Below, piece after piece: positions 14,825 to 24,630 of a stretch of DNA of 27,650 nt. The notes below the pieces were generated by a model. That model saw only the letters and a list, made by a program, of their open reading frames with translations, was not told where the DNA came from and ran no database searches. The stretch is from the IMG/VR virus record IMGVR_UViG_3300036797_000125, positions 1 to 27,650 of that record, one strand, 5' to 3'. Within the stretch, counting starts at the first letter, position 1; each line of letters begins with the position of its first letter. The translations under genes and the position numbers were made by a program. This DNA comes from a virus (taxonomy: Duplodnaviria > Caudoviricetes).

Positions 14825-15580
14825 ATGGGAATTAGAGAAACGTTAAAAAAGCGTGAGGAACAACGTGAAGCAAATCAAAACGGAGGTAACAACGATTTTC
14901 CAGAAGGCGTGACGAGATACGTACGAATAGGAAAACACGGCGAAGTAAACGCAGGAGGTAGAACGTTTATCTTATTAGCGGAACCGGACAATTGGTATTT
15001 CTACTTCGTACACGAAGACAAAACATTCGACGGTAAACGTACGATCCATCGATTCCGAAAACATTCTTGTCTACATTCACCACGTGAAACAAACGCAGAC
15101 ATTACGCAATACTTCAAACCAGGTAAAACGGAATGTCCATCATGTAAAGTCGGAGCGAAACGTAAGATGTACGCAATGATTCCTGTTTACGATTTGGAGT
15201 ACGGCACCTATCGCGTAATCGATACGGCTGAGTTCCATATCAACAACATTATTGCTGACTACGATAAAGCCGAAAAGATGGGTCGTAAGTTTAATCCGAA
15301 TTATTCGTTAGTAGGCGAAGCGGTACACATTAAACAAGTCGATAAATCTTACTCGCTTGAGTCAGGTGAGGCAACGGACGAGCAAGTCGAAAAGGCTAAA
15401 ATGTTTATTGGTACGGAATTTGGTTACGAAGACTTAGCGAACTTCCGTGAGGAAAGCGACGTTATCTCATTATTACAAGATGCGGAAGACGATGCGATTG
15501 ATAAATCGAAATTACCGACGGCTTCTAATAGTAACGATGCACAACCGATTGACATTATTGAAGATGAACTACCGTTCTAA
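14825..15580 (+). CDS. Phage single-stranded DNA-binding protein
   Basis: Acidic tail ending IIEDELPF; internal H/C...CPSC zinc ligands; position in the replication module. Confidence 0.7.
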   Translation: MGIRETLKKREEQREANQNGGNNDFPEGVTRYVRIGKHGEVNAGGRTFILLAEPDNWYFYFVHEDKTFDGKRTIHRFRKHSCLHSPRETNADITQYFKPGKTECPSCKVGAKRKMYAMIPVYDLEYGTYRVIDTAEFHINNIIADYDKAEKMGRKFNPNYSLVGEAVHIKQVDKSYSLESGEATDEQVEKAKMFIGTEFGYEDLANFREESDVISLLQDAEDDAIDKSKLPTASNSNDAQPIDIIEDELPF

Positions 15581-15591
15581 GGAGGGCGCAT

Positions 15592-15999
15592 ATGGCACAC
15601 GAAACAACAGTTAAGGGTGGTTGCTCGGAACTCCGAGTAGCCCTCGCGCTCTTAAACCTCGGTTGGGAAGTAGCGAATTCGTTCATCCCGGAGGTTTACG
15701 ACTTAGTAGCGCGTGATCCGATTAACAAACAGTGGTACACGATACAGGTAAAAACGATTCGAGTAAGGCACGATCGTAACGATGCATTAGTAGTACAAGC
15801 GAAGAAAGGTAACGGCGAAGCTTATACGAAAGATGATTGCGACTATATCGCAGGCGTCGAAGGCGACCGAGTATTCATGTTCGAATGTGCAGGACAACGT
15901 GAGTATTGGGCGACGGAGACTAGCGCTAGTCAACGATGGGTTGAGTTAACGGCGGTTAGTGAAGACGAAAGTGAAACGGAGGCGGTTGCGAATGGGTAA
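15592..15999 (+). CDS. PD-(D/E)XK endonuclease
   Basis: SELRVALALL...YDLV...IQVKT. Confidence 0.75.
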   Translation: MAHETTVKGGCSELRVALALLNLGWEVANSFIPEVYDLVARDPINKQWYTIQVKTIRVRHDRNDALVVQAKKGNGEAYTKDDCDYIAGVEGDRVFMFECAGQREYWATETSASQRWVELTAVSEDESETEAVANG

Positions 16000-16408
16000 A
16001 TTATCGGTTTTAGGTGCACAACGTGTTAAAGCTCTGACGGAGATGTTAAGCGAAAAGCTACGTGAAGAATTATTTAATATTGATACTCCTTCAGAAAACG
16101 AGCTACAGACAATGGTAGATAAAGAATTCGGTATCGATGATTGGCAATCAGAATACGAAAGCCATATAGAACAGGCAAGAGAAGTAATTAAGAAGTTAAA
16201 TCCTATAACAGGCAGAAACATTTCAATTAGTGAAAATAATTACGGGCGAAGCAATACTACGGATTATTCGAAACGTCTTAGTGAATTACGTCAGGAATTT
16301 ATAGATAAACCACGTCAACAATTACGTGATGAATATAAAAGGAAAGAACAAATGTTGTGGCTTTGTGAAACGTTAGAAGAAGCGAAAGCAATCGTAGGAA
16401 TTCAATAA
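15992..16408 (+). CDS. Hypothetical phage protein
   Basis: GGAGG RBS before ATG 15992. Confidence 0.75.
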   Translation: MGKLSVLGAQRVKALTEMLSEKLREELFNIDTPSENELQTMVDKEFGIDDWQSEYESHIEQAREVIKKLNPITGRNISISENNYGRSNTTDYSKRLSELRQEFIDKPRQQLRDEYKRKEQMLWLCETLEEAKAIVGIQ

Positions 16409-16437
16409 TAACTAAGAAAACGGGGAGGACGAATAAT

Positions 16438-17871
16438 ATGGCGAAGTTGAACGGAATTAAAGTGGTTAATGGAAATACGGTGGAATATAACGAGTTTGTT
16501 TACGAGCCTACTAATGAAGGAGCGCGACAAGGTGATTTAATTCAATGCTTCGAAATCGATTCTACGGATTTAACGTACAAAGCGTTTTATCGAGTAATTG
16601 GTGTGGATGAATATAACGATATACAATTTCTTGATGATGAAAACGATGAAAGAGAACGAAGTGTTACTGATGAGGAATATAAGGTATTTCGTAAATCCCA
16701 CGCAGTTACTACCGACAAACTAACCGACGCGGAAGGCGGAAAAGAAGGTACTGTAAAAATCGAATTACCTGACGGAACTAAACTCGAAGGTACTCCGTCT
16801 GACTTAGCCTCGGTTACTCGTAGCATGCAGGCGTTGCAAGCGGAACAAGTAGCAGCGGTGGAAATGCCGGAAGAAGCGGTTGAAGAAGACGAGGTACTAC
16901 CGCCGCAATTAAAAGCTGGTGAATACGGTAAAGTTGTCGAGAAGTACGACATGTTCTTACCAGGAGATATCATAAAAGTTTTACGCAACGATGGATCACG
17001 CGTTCCCTATTATGCTAAACGTCTATCAGGTGGAGAAGAGAAATGGCTTTTAGAAAAACAGTTAGTGCGTGCTACAGAAGCCGAAGTAAAAGCGGCGACT
17101 GAGCCGAAAGAGGAACCGTTAAAAGTCGGTGATTATGCGAAATTAATTAGCACAAATTTTAATACGAATGCAGATTTAAACGAGATTGTAGTAATTAACG
17201 TTGTTGACAAGACGGTGATTCCCTACGGAATTAAAAATTTAAACGGTGAAGAGATTGGGTGGGCACCTAAAGATCATTTAGTAAAAGCAACCGACGAAGA
17301 AGTCCTCGAAGCGAAGCAATCATTATTGAAAGAAGGTGACTTTACGAGGGTTATTGGCGTAGAGCATACGAAACGTGGTGGATTTCACGATGAAGATAAC
17401 GAAGATGTAGGAGGAGGACACCTATTTGAAAATGGAACCATTGTTGAATTAAATAATCCTTACAATAAGCAAGATGAAACTGAGGATGCTTTTAAAGCGT
17501 ACTATCTTGACGGATCCGATTGGTGGTGGGTACACCGTAAAGACCTCGAACCACTAACGAAAGAAGAAGCGAAACACATAGAACGTGAAGCTGAGGAAGA
17601 GAAGAAAGCGAAAGCGGAACGTGAGGAGAAAGAAGCGGAGCGTGTTAAGTGGACGGTTATCGGTCGTGAGGTTGGCGAGATTAAGAAAGGTGATATCGTT
17701 CGTACGATTTCTCATTGTGGGAGTGTCAATCCGAAAGGGACTATCGGCATCGCTGAGTATGACGGAAAAACATACAGCACAGCAACAATCGCGTTAAATG
17801 GAAATTGTGGTAATTATTCTCAAGTGGAACTAATCGTACCTGTAGAACAACGCTTCGATACAGTAGGTTAA
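16438..17871 (+). CDS. Acidic multi-repeat protein with tandem small beta-barrel-like domains
   Basis: Repeats LKAGEYGKV, LKVGDYAKL, LKEGDFTRV, IKKGDIVRT; first three end LVRATEAEV, LVKATDEEV, LEPLTKEEA. Confidence 0.75.
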   Translation: MAKLNGIKVVNGNTVEYNEFVYEPTNEGARQGDLIQCFEIDSTDLTYKAFYRVIGVDEYNDIQFLDDENDERERSVTDEEYKVFRKSHAVTTDKLTDAEGGKEGTVKIELPDGTKLEGTPSDLASVTRSMQALQAEQVAAVEMPEEAVEEDEVLPPQLKAGEYGKVVEKYDMFLPGDIIKVLRNDGSRVPYYAKRLSGGEEKWLLEKQLVRATEAEVKAATEPKEEPLKVGDYAKLISTNFNTNADLNEIVVINVVDKTVIPYGIKNLNGEEIGWAPKDHLVKATDEEVLEAKQSLLKEGDFTRVIGVEHTKRGGFHDEDNEDVGGGHLFENGTIVELNNPYNKQDETEDAFKAYYLDGSDWWWVHRKDLEPLTKEEAKHIEREAEEEKKAKAEREEKEAERVKWTVIGREVGEIKKGDIVRTISHCGSVNPKGTIGIAEYDGKTYSTATIALNGNCGNYSQVELIVPVEQRFDTVG

Positions 17872-17874
17872 ACG

Positions 17875-18048
17875 ATGCGTATTTGCGAAAAATGTAGCGC
17901 TGTGCTCAACCGTGAAGAGTTCGTTTACGACGATCGGGAGGGTAACACATTTTGCGATAAACGTTGTTTCGAAGAGTGGGCGGACGAGCACCATGAAATA
18001 GTAACGAGTTTTTATTATCGATTAAATTGTAAGGAAACGGGGCGGTAA
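17875..18048 (+). CDS. Small zinc-finger protein, 57 aa
   Basis: MRICEKCSAVLNREEFVYDDREGNTFCDKRCFEEWADEHH...; CxxC and CxxxC; fills the gap between two genes. Confidence 0.65.
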   Translation: MRICEKCSAVLNREEFVYDDREGNTFCDKRCFEEWADEHHEIVTSFYYRLNCKETGR

Positions 18049-18050
18049 GT

Positions 18051-20231
18051 GTGACGCCGAAATTAACGTTGAACTTAAAGATACCGAGTAAGACGGACAG
18101 GCAAGCCGTTGAAAATAGGGTAGCAAAAGCGGTCGAGCGTAAGGTAAAGGCGACCGAAACGATGGAAGACGCGTGGCAACGGATTCTATCAATGAAGAAC
18201 AGTGAGTCTGATAGGCAGAGACTTGTGGAAGTAAAAGAAGCGATGACGAAGGGCGAAATTGGTCGTAGCCCTTCCGACCTCGCTAAACGTTTTAGTAAGG
18301 CGGAAGCTTTGCGATTATGGAAAGTTCTACATGAGCGAAAACGAGACGATAAGATACGTGAAATGGTGTTGGCTACACCGGACAATTACATATTAGTTAC
18401 CGATGGCAAGGTACTAAAGCAAATGTTAGATGGTATAAAAACGTCTGATTTAATCGGATTTGACTGTGAAACTTTCGGAGAGGAAAACGGAGCATTAGAC
18501 CCGTGGAAAGGTGATGTAGCAGGCTTTTCGATATCGACGAGAAATCACAACTATTATGTACCGTTGAATCACGAAGAAGGCTCGAATTTAAGTGAAGCCG
18601 TTTTATTACAATACGTTAAACCTGTGTTAGAGCAAGTGAAAACCGTAATGCACAACGCACCTTTCGATTGTAAATGGTTTATGCAGCGTTACGGAATTAA
18701 CTTAATCGATAACTTACATGCAGATACACGGATAATGGCGATGGCGTTAGATGAAAATCGAAACCACCGACTAAAGGATTTGATAACGGATTGGTTGTGT
18801 CAGCCAAGCGATAATTTTGATGAATTATTCGGTAAAACTCCGTTTAATAAGATTCCGTTAGATGTAGCGTTAGTTTACGCAGCGGGCGATACGGAGAAAA
18901 CTTTAAAACTGTACGATTGGATTATGGAATGGTTTGACAAACGAGAGGATTTACAAGAAATTAAGTCGCTCGTTTTTAATATAGAGATGTCGGTATGTAG
19001 ACAATTTATTAAGTCGGATTTGATTGGTATCAACTTCGATGAAGAGAAAGCAAATGTATTAGACGAACAACTGGCTAAAGAGGAAGCGGAAATACAGCGT
19101 GAGATATACGAATTATTTGATGAAGAAATTAACTTAGGTTCACCGGTTCAATTGAAGAAAAAGTTATTCGTAGATTTAAAGTTACCCGATATAGAAAACG
19201 GATCAACTGGCGTAAAAGCATTGAAGAAGTTGAAAGGGAAACATCCCGTAATTTCTAAGATTCTCGATTATAGAGGCGTCAGCAAACTACGCGAAGCATT
19301 TACGCAGAAGTTACCGAAAGAAATCAAATATGATAATAAGATTCATCCGTGGCATAACACGTACGGAGCGGCGACAGGACGGTTCACATGCAAATCGCCA
19401 AACACCCAGCAAATACCCGCAAAGCGTCCTGAAATACGCCGCCTGTTTACATCGAGTGCAGGTAAAATACTCGTTTCTATAGATTACTCGCAAATTGAAT
19501 TACGCGTATTAGCGCATATGGCCAAAGAACCGGAACTAATCAAGGCGTTCAAAGAAGGCCGCGACATTCACTCGACTACAGCAGCGATGATTAGTAACGG
19601 TAAATACACGTATGAGGATATCGAATCAAATAAAGATACAGACGGTTCGCCTGAGCAGAAATCTCGTAAGCAAGCTAAGGTGGTTAACTTTGGTATTGTA
19701 TACGGAATGAGCGACAAAGGATTAGCTGATACGTTAGGTATTACGAGAACCGAAGCGCAAACAATTATTGATAACTACTTCAAAGGTTACAAAGGAATTC
19801 AACAATATATGGACGAGCAGAAACTGTTGGCCCGTAAGCAGGGTTACATTACGGATATTTTCGGTAGGAAACGTCGGTTACACACCGAGTATAAGTCGAA
19901 AGACCGTTTCTTACATTTCCGTGCGGATCGTATGGCCGGTAACTTTCCGATACAAGCGTCAGCCGGTTCAATTTTAAAGAAAGCTATCGTAGATTTACAG
20001 GCAGTTTTATCGAAACATAACGTAGATATTTTACTCCAGGTACATGATGAATTGTTATTCGAGTGTCCGAGAGGTATTTCGAAGGAAGCACTATTCGAAT
20101 TGAAAACTACGATGGAAAACGCAGTTAAATTATTAGTTCCTGTCAGATGTGACGTTGAGATAAATCCAGAACGATGGTTAGAGAAAGTAAGTATTGAAGT
20201 ATGGTTTAACGAAGAGGAGGAAACGGAATGA
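18051..20231 (+). CDS. polA: Family A DNA polymerase with 3'-5' exonuclease domain
   Basis: Exo FDCET, HNAPFD, YAAGD; pol ATGRF, DYSQIELR, KVVNFGIVYG, QVHDEL. Confidence 0.96.
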   Translation: MTPKLTLNLKIPSKTDRQAVENRVAKAVERKVKATETMEDAWQRILSMKNSESDRQRLVEVKEAMTKGEIGRSPSDLAKRFSKAEALRLWKVLHERKRDDKIREMVLATPDNYILVTDGKVLKQMLDGIKTSDLIGFDCETFGEENGALDPWKGDVAGFSISTRNHNYYVPLNHEEGSNLSEAVLLQYVKPVLEQVKTVMHNAPFDCKWFMQRYGINLIDNLHADTRIMAMALDENRNHRLKDLITDWLCQPSDNFDELFGKTPFNKIPLDVALVYAAGDTEKTLKLYDWIMEWFDKREDLQEIKSLVFNIEMSVCRQFIKSDLIGINFDEEKANVLDEQLAKEEAEIQREIYELFDEEINLGSPVQLKKKLFVDLKLPDIENGSTGVKALKKLKGKHPVISKILDYRGVSKLREAFTQKLPKEIKYDNKIHPWHNTYGAATGRFTCKSPNTQQIPAKRPEIRRLFTSSAGKILVSIDYSQIELRVLAHMAKEPELIKAFKEGRDIHSTTAAMISNGKYTYEDIESNKDTDGSPEQKSRKQAKVVNFGIVYGMSDKGLADTLGITRTEAQTIIDNYFKGYKGIQQYMDEQKLLARKQGYITDIFGRKRRLHTEYKSKDRFLHFRADRMAGNFPIQASAGSILKKAIVDLQAVLSKHNVDILLQVHDELLFECPRGISKEALFELKTTMENAVKLLVPVRCDVEINPERWLEKVSIEVWFNEEEETE

Positions 20232-20554
20232 AAGTAATTACGAAACAAATAGAGATAACGGAAGAGATAGCAGACAATTTATTCGAGGATTGTGGCTTTA
20301 TCCATGAAGGAATCAATTACGAATTTGTCAAGGAGACTGACGAGGATATGGACGACAATGGTAAAACGTATTCGTACATTGTTAAAGAAGAAGGTACGAA
20401 TCATTACTACAGTATTGACGTTTATCTAGTGAGATATGGATACGAAGATTATGGGTTTGAAAAATATGTACAAGACCACAAAATGTATCGCGTTGAATTA
20501 AAAACATTAACTACAGAAACATGGGTATGCATTAAGGAGGAATCAAATGACTAA
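20228..20554 (+). CDS. Hypothetical acidic phage protein
   Basis: ATGA overlap with polA; GGAGG RBS. Confidence 0.75.
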   Translation: MKVITKQIEITEEIADNLFEDCGFIHEGINYEFVKETDEDMDDNGKTYSYIVKEEGTNHYYSIDVYLVRYGYEDYGFEKYVQDHKMYRVELKTLTTETWVCIKEESND

Positions 20555-20702
20555 CATAACACAAGTGTCAACGAAAGAACTAAGCGAGGAATTAGAGAGG
20601 CGACACGGCGTAATCACCGTCCAGGTCGAGCCTTACGAAAAGATAGAGGTCGGAGGCATACGCGTAGCAGGACCGGCAATCGTTTTAATAAATCAAGATT
20701 AA
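20547..20702 (+). CDS. BC1881-like small phage protein, 51 aa
   Basis: MTNITQVSTKELSEELERRHGVITVQVEPYEKIEVGGIRVAGPAIVLINQD; AAGGAGG RBS. Confidence 0.75.
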   Translation: MTNITQVSTKELSEELERRHGVITVQVEPYEKIEVGGIRVAGPAIVLINQD

Positions 20703-20757
20703 GTATTTAGTAGAAAGAAGAGAGCCAAAGCCCTCTTCTAAACTAAAAGTTCAGTAT

Positions 20758-20895
20758 TTATGAACAAATTGGAATTCCTAATACAGTTAAAGCTAGCGCC
20801 ACTTGAAGAGTTATCTCCAATCTAGCAACTTCGATCCCTGCAACTGAGAGAACTAAGAATGGATTACCATTTACAAATAAAATACAGCTTGTCAT
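20758..20895 (-). CDS. DUF3956-like small hydrophobic protein, 45 aa (moron)
   Basis: MTSCILFVNGNPFLVLSVAGIEVARLEITLQVALALTVLGIPICS; GGTGGTG RBS; upstream CATACACTA (20935-20927); downstream hairpin AGAAGAG...CTCTTCT. Confidence 0.7.
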   Translation of the reverse strand: MTSCILFVNGNPFLVLSVAGIEVARLEITLQVALALTVLGIPICS

Positions 20896-21024
20896 GTTTA
20901 TTCACCACCATTCTATGAATCTACTATAGTGTATGTTCAAGCAAAGAGATTGCAATAGTTAAATAGCTTGATTTAATAGACTTGAGTAGATGGCGACATA
21001 AATTATTAAAGGAGGCGTTGACTT

Positions 21025-22071
21025 ATCGTAACGAAAACTAATGCAGCACAACTACTACGTCAGAACACGCAAGAAACATTCGCTTATGAAATCGCAGAGG
21101 AATTCCGTAATTTCCTCGAAACGTGGCATTCATATACGGAGCCTTACGACACGCCTTTAGATGTTTGGCTTCACGAAAGCTATGCCAAAGTATTAAGCAA
21201 AGGGACCTACTTAGATTATCGTAGTCTACCGTATTTCTCACCTTCCTCGGCGAATAGCTGTCCGAGAGAGCTTTACGAAAAGGCGTTACGAAGTCCACGA
21301 GATCAAGCCGAAGTCAAACCGTGGCAACGTCGATGGCAGTTCATCGGAACTAATATCGGCGATGCGATTCAACGAGATATTTTACTCTCTGAAAGGCATT
21401 ACGAAAAGCTTGCCGGTGAGAAACCACGTTTCAGAATCGAACGTACGAAAGACGGTTATCCAGCGTTTGAGGATTTCGTTAAAACACGAAAGGTAGTCGA
21501 ACACAACGGTCAACAGTTCGCTTTAATCGGTACGTGTGACGGCATTTTAGAATACACCGATGGGAATGGCGTGGTTACAAGAGTTGGACTCGAAATTAAG
21601 TCGAAACAGACATCGTACAGTAGAACTTCTGAATATTCACTGCGCGAACCTAGCGCCGACCACGTCAAACAAGTTACATGCTACTCGTTAATGTACGACT
21701 TAGATTATTACATCGTACTTTACATGAACGCATCGAAGAAAGCATGGAATATGAGCGAAGAAGATTACGCGAAGTATCCGGACTTTAGAGCGTTCGGCAT
21801 TGCGGTTACAGACGAGATGCGTGAAGAGGTGCTGGACAAGTTTACTAGTATCGTAGCGGCCGTAAAAACGAAGCAACCACCGAAACTAGATATCGAGCAT
21901 TGGACATTTAACAATTACAAATCGGCATGTGCTCAGTCGTTAAGTGACGAAGAGTGCGAGGAAATTAAAACACAAGTCAGCCGAGTAAAGCGTTCAAGTT
22001 TATCAGATACGAAGAAAGCTCCGTATATTGGTGCGTTGGAGTTTATCGATAAAGTACGGGAGGGAATGTAA
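21025..22071 (+). CDS. Cas4/AddB-like PD-(D/E)XK exonuclease with non-canonical start
   Basis: Frame open from 21022; SPSSANSCPRELY, GTCDG, LEIKS, QVTCY; AAGGAGG (21009-21015) lies 9 nt before ATC 21025. Confidence 0.75.
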   Translation: MVTKTNAAQLLRQNTQETFAYEIAEEFRNFLETWHSYTEPYDTPLDVWLHESYAKVLSKGTYLDYRSLPYFSPSSANSCPRELYEKALRSPRDQAEVKPWQRRWQFIGTNIGDAIQRDILLSERHYEKLAGEKPRFRIERTKDGYPAFEDFVKTRKVVEHNGQQFALIGTCDGILEYTDGNGVVTRVGLEIKSKQTSYSRTSEYSLREPSADHVKQVTCYSLMYDLDYYIVLYMNASKKAWNMSEEDYAKYPDFRAFGIAVTDEMREEVLDKFTSIVAAVKTKQPPKLDIEHWTFNNYKSACAQSLSDEECEEIKTQVSRVKRSSLSDTKKAPYIGALEFIDKVREGM

Positions 22072-22359
22072 ATGGAAAATAACAAATATCTTTATAGATT
22101 TTATTGGGACTGTGGTCGAAGTGGCGATTTAGAAGGGTTATTAGTGGCAACGGAAGAGGATGTATCGAGTGCAATCGGCAAGGAAGCGTATTTTGGTGAA
22201 GTGTTAGGTAAGCATAGCGAAGTTTACGGAGAAATTGAAGAAGGTGACATTGCGAAAGTTGATATCTCACCGGAAGCGGTTGCCGAAGTATCGAAACATC
22301 TTGGCACAAATTGGAGCGGATTCAATCCGTTAGAGTACATCAATGAGGACGATGAGTAA
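22072..22359 (+). CDS. Hypothetical phage protein
   Basis: FYWDCGRSGDLEG...YFGEVLGKHSEVYG; GGGAGGG RBS. Confidence 0.75.
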   Translation: MENNKYLYRFYWDCGRSGDLEGLLVATEEDVSSAIGKEAYFGEVLGKHSEVYGEIEEGDIAKVDISPEAVAEVSKHLGTNWSGFNPLEYINEDDE

Positions 22360-22864
22360 ACGTAAAGTCTACCGAGTACTTTCGGTAGACACATCGTTAG
22401 GTTGTCCAGGTATTGCTGTAATCGACGTAATCGACGGCAAGCCGAAACTAATCGACGTTTCCCACGTTAAAACAAAGTCGACTGAGCCGATTGCTTTACG
22501 TACGAAAACAATTGAAGCATGGGCGCACTTATTCATTCGCAAGTACGCGCCCTATGATTTGATAGTTCGAGAGGGGTTCGCTAGTAAAATACCACATACG
22601 AACTATACGGTGTTTAGCGCTTGGAATGCGGTGGACCGCGCGTTAAATGATTTCGGATTGAAAGTCGATGATAGCATCGGACAGGCTTCCGTAAAAAAGA
22701 AACTACTCGGCAAGGGACGAGCGGAAAAGGAAGAGGTCGAGGCTGGTGTGAGGAAGTACGTTGAGTGGAGCGAGTTCAAGACGAGCGATGAAAGCGATGC
22801 GTGTGCGATAGGATTAGCGTATTTACTCGATAAAGAGATTATTTCAAAGGGGGGAGCGCAATGA
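22352..22864 (+). CDS. ruvC: RuvC-like Holliday junction resolvase
   Basis: VLSVDTS, IVREG, VKK...GKGRAEKEEV, DESDACAIG. Confidence 0.85.
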   Translation: MSKRKVYRVLSVDTSLGCPGIAVIDVIDGKPKLIDVSHVKTKSTEPIALRTKTIEAWAHLFIRKYAPYDLIVREGFASKIPHTNYTVFSAWNAVDRALNDFGLKVDDSIGQASVKKKLLGKGRAEKEEVEAGVRKYVEWSEFKTSDESDACAIGLAYLLDKEIISKGGAQ

Positions 22865-23154
22865 TTATATTAAGTGTTCGTGGTGATGGTGACTATGGTG
22901 CAATAACATTTGAGGAAATGTATAATGCGCAAAGTGTATACGAAGGAATGATAGCGGAGGGGGTTACGAAGAAGTCACTATTGGATGATTACGATGAGTT
23001 AGGAATTCACGTTGAAATATTTGAGTTCGGCGAAGTAGACTCCGAGTTTATTAACTTTTTATATAATGAAAACTTTATAGATTATGACAGCGCTAAAGAT
23101 CGAAATTTCTATGAAGTAGAGGCCGTTAAATGGAATACATCCTTCACCGACTAG
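22861..23154 (+). CDS. Hypothetical acidic phage protein
   Basis: ATGA overlap with RuvC gene; GGGGGAG RBS. Confidence 0.7.
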   Translation: MIILSVRGDGDYGAITFEEMYNAQSVYEGMIAEGVTKKSLLDDYDELGIHVEIFEFGEVDSEFINFLYNENFIDYDSAKDRNFYEVEAVKWNTSFTD

Positions 23155-23288
23155 GGATCGTATTTTCTCCGTCACTCACACAAAAAGGAGTCGGACCATT
23201 TCCTATTAAGTTCGCGAGAAAAAGATTTGAACAACGTATTAGATTAATCGAAGAATTCTTACGTAAGCAAAGGGAGGACGTGGAATGA
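23130..23288 (+). CDS. Small hypothetical protein, 52 aa
   Basis: MEYILHRLGIVFSPSL...; GAGG RBS; fills the operon gap. Confidence 0.55.
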   Translation: MEYILHRLGIVFSPSLTQKGVGPFPIKFARKRFEQRIRLIEEFLRKQREDVE

Positions 23289-23428
23289 AAAGATTCTTAA
23301 TAGAAATATCTGGCGAAGTAACTAAAGGTGATATTTCAGACGCACTGTACCACGGGCTGGAAAGAAATGAAGTGGATTGGACATCATACAATGTTTTAGA
23401 AATAGAGAATGAGGAGGCCGCACAATGA
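23285..23428 (+). CDS. Small hypothetical protein, 47 aa
   Basis: MKRFLIEISGEVTKGDISDALY...; GGGAGG RBS; ATGA overlaps at both ends. Confidence 0.65.
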   Translation: MKRFLIEISGEVTKGDISDALYHGLERNEVDWTSYNVLEIENEEAAQ

Positions 23429-23826
23429 GCGACAAATTAGTCGAACTGTTCGAACTACAACATGCTTTAGATAACCGAATCATCTTCGAAAGAAACATCG
23501 ATAAATCAATCGATGAATGGGTCGTAGGTATCACGCTTGCAATGGAAAGTGAGATCGACGAAATCAGACGTGAAGTAAATTGGAAGTGGTGGAAGAACGA
23601 GAAGGAAATGGATAAAGATGCGTTACAAGGTGAAGTAATCGACATATGGCATTTCCTGATTAGTCTTTCGCTTAAATGCGGTTTATCAGCGGAAGATGTT
23701 TATCGTACTTACCTAGAGAAGAATCGAGAGAATCACGCAAGGCAGGACGGAACAAGTACGAAAGAGGGTTATGAAGTAGGAATCGATTTTGCAAATGGCA
23801 CGGATCATACAGGATATCCGAAGTAA
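23425..23826 (+). CDS. Dimeric all-alpha dUTPase
   Basis: LFELQHALD, SEIDE...WKWWK, EVIDIWHFLIS, YLEKNRENHARQ. Confidence 0.88.
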   Translation: MSDKLVELFELQHALDNRIIFERNIDKSIDEWVVGITLAMESEIDEIRREVNWKWWKNEKEMDKDALQGEVIDIWHFLISLSLKCGLSAEDVYRTYLEKNRENHARQDGTSTKEGYEVGIDFANGTDHTGYPK

Positions 23827-23860
23827 CTCGAGTTTGATTTCGAGAAGGAGCACGTGAAAT

Positions 23861-23886
23861 AAAAAAGCCTCCTATACTGGAAGGCT
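23861..23886 (-). terminator. Terminator of the minus-strand moron
   Basis: A6 then AGCCTCC-tatact-GGAAGGCT. Confidence 0.6.
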
Positions 23887-23895
23887 AGTAATTTC

Positions 23896-24534
23896 TTAAT
23901 CAATTAAACTATATGTTTTTGAATAAGATTTAAAGTTAATCTTTTTGCTGCGTTTGTTAATAAGAAAACTCTTGAAAGATATAAGATTTTTGATTGAAAA
24001 GGCATGTTTCTTGCGAGCTTCAATAGCGACTTTAAAAGTAACAGTTACATCAGTAGTAGAAATATTAGGCTTAGGAGAAAATGCAATTGTTAATCTTGTA
24101 AAACTATTTGATTTAAACACTCCGTAATTAGATTCTGGAGCATTAAGTGCAAGAGTATCATGGGACGTTTTGTATTCAAAATAAGTAGAATCTGGATAGT
24201 TTCTTTTTAGATTTAGCATATTATAAGTTTCAAATACATTATGGTTATTAAAATCTAGAATACCTAAATCAAAGTATGCAATATCAGATGGTGAGGGGTT
24301 AACGACTGCTAAATGACAAATATAAATACCATTATCATTGATTAGCATGACTTCATCAGTTTCTATTGAATTCGCTATTTCTAACTTATCTTCGAAAGTA
24401 ACATCTAATCTTTTCTTATTTTGTCTATAAACAGTAATCGAAACAATTAAAGCGGCTGAAGAAATCAGTACGGGTAAAATATACCTAATGAAATCGAAAA
24501 TGTGTTTATTTAAAAAAGTATATAATTCGGACAT
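23896..24534 (-). CDS. AT-rich moron: N-terminally membrane-anchored hypothetical protein
   Basis: TM segment YILPVLISSAALIVSITVY; AAAGGAG RBS; opposite strand with own terminator. Confidence 0.75.
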   Translation of the reverse strand: MSELYTFLNKHIFDFIRYILPVLISSAALIVSITVYRQNKKRLDVTFEDKLEIANSIETDEVMLINDNGIYICHLAVVNPSPSDIAYFDLGILDFNNHNVFETYNMLNLKRNYPDSTYFEYKTSHDTLALNAPESNYGVFKSNSFTRLTIAFSPKPNISTTDVTVTFKVAIEARKKHAFSIKNLISFKSFLINKRSKKINFKSYSKTYSLID

Positions 24535-24630
24535 TAGTGCAACTCCTTTCCAGTTAATTATAAGGTAAAAAATAAGGATATTCTAATAAAACGTTTGTTA
24601 ATTTTAAAAAAATAAATGGGGTAATCGAGT

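Noticed and set aside
14349-14846. Three short tracked ORFs in the sigma-SSB intergenic region
   Set aside because: No convincing RBS; the region is better explained by promoters and hairpins.
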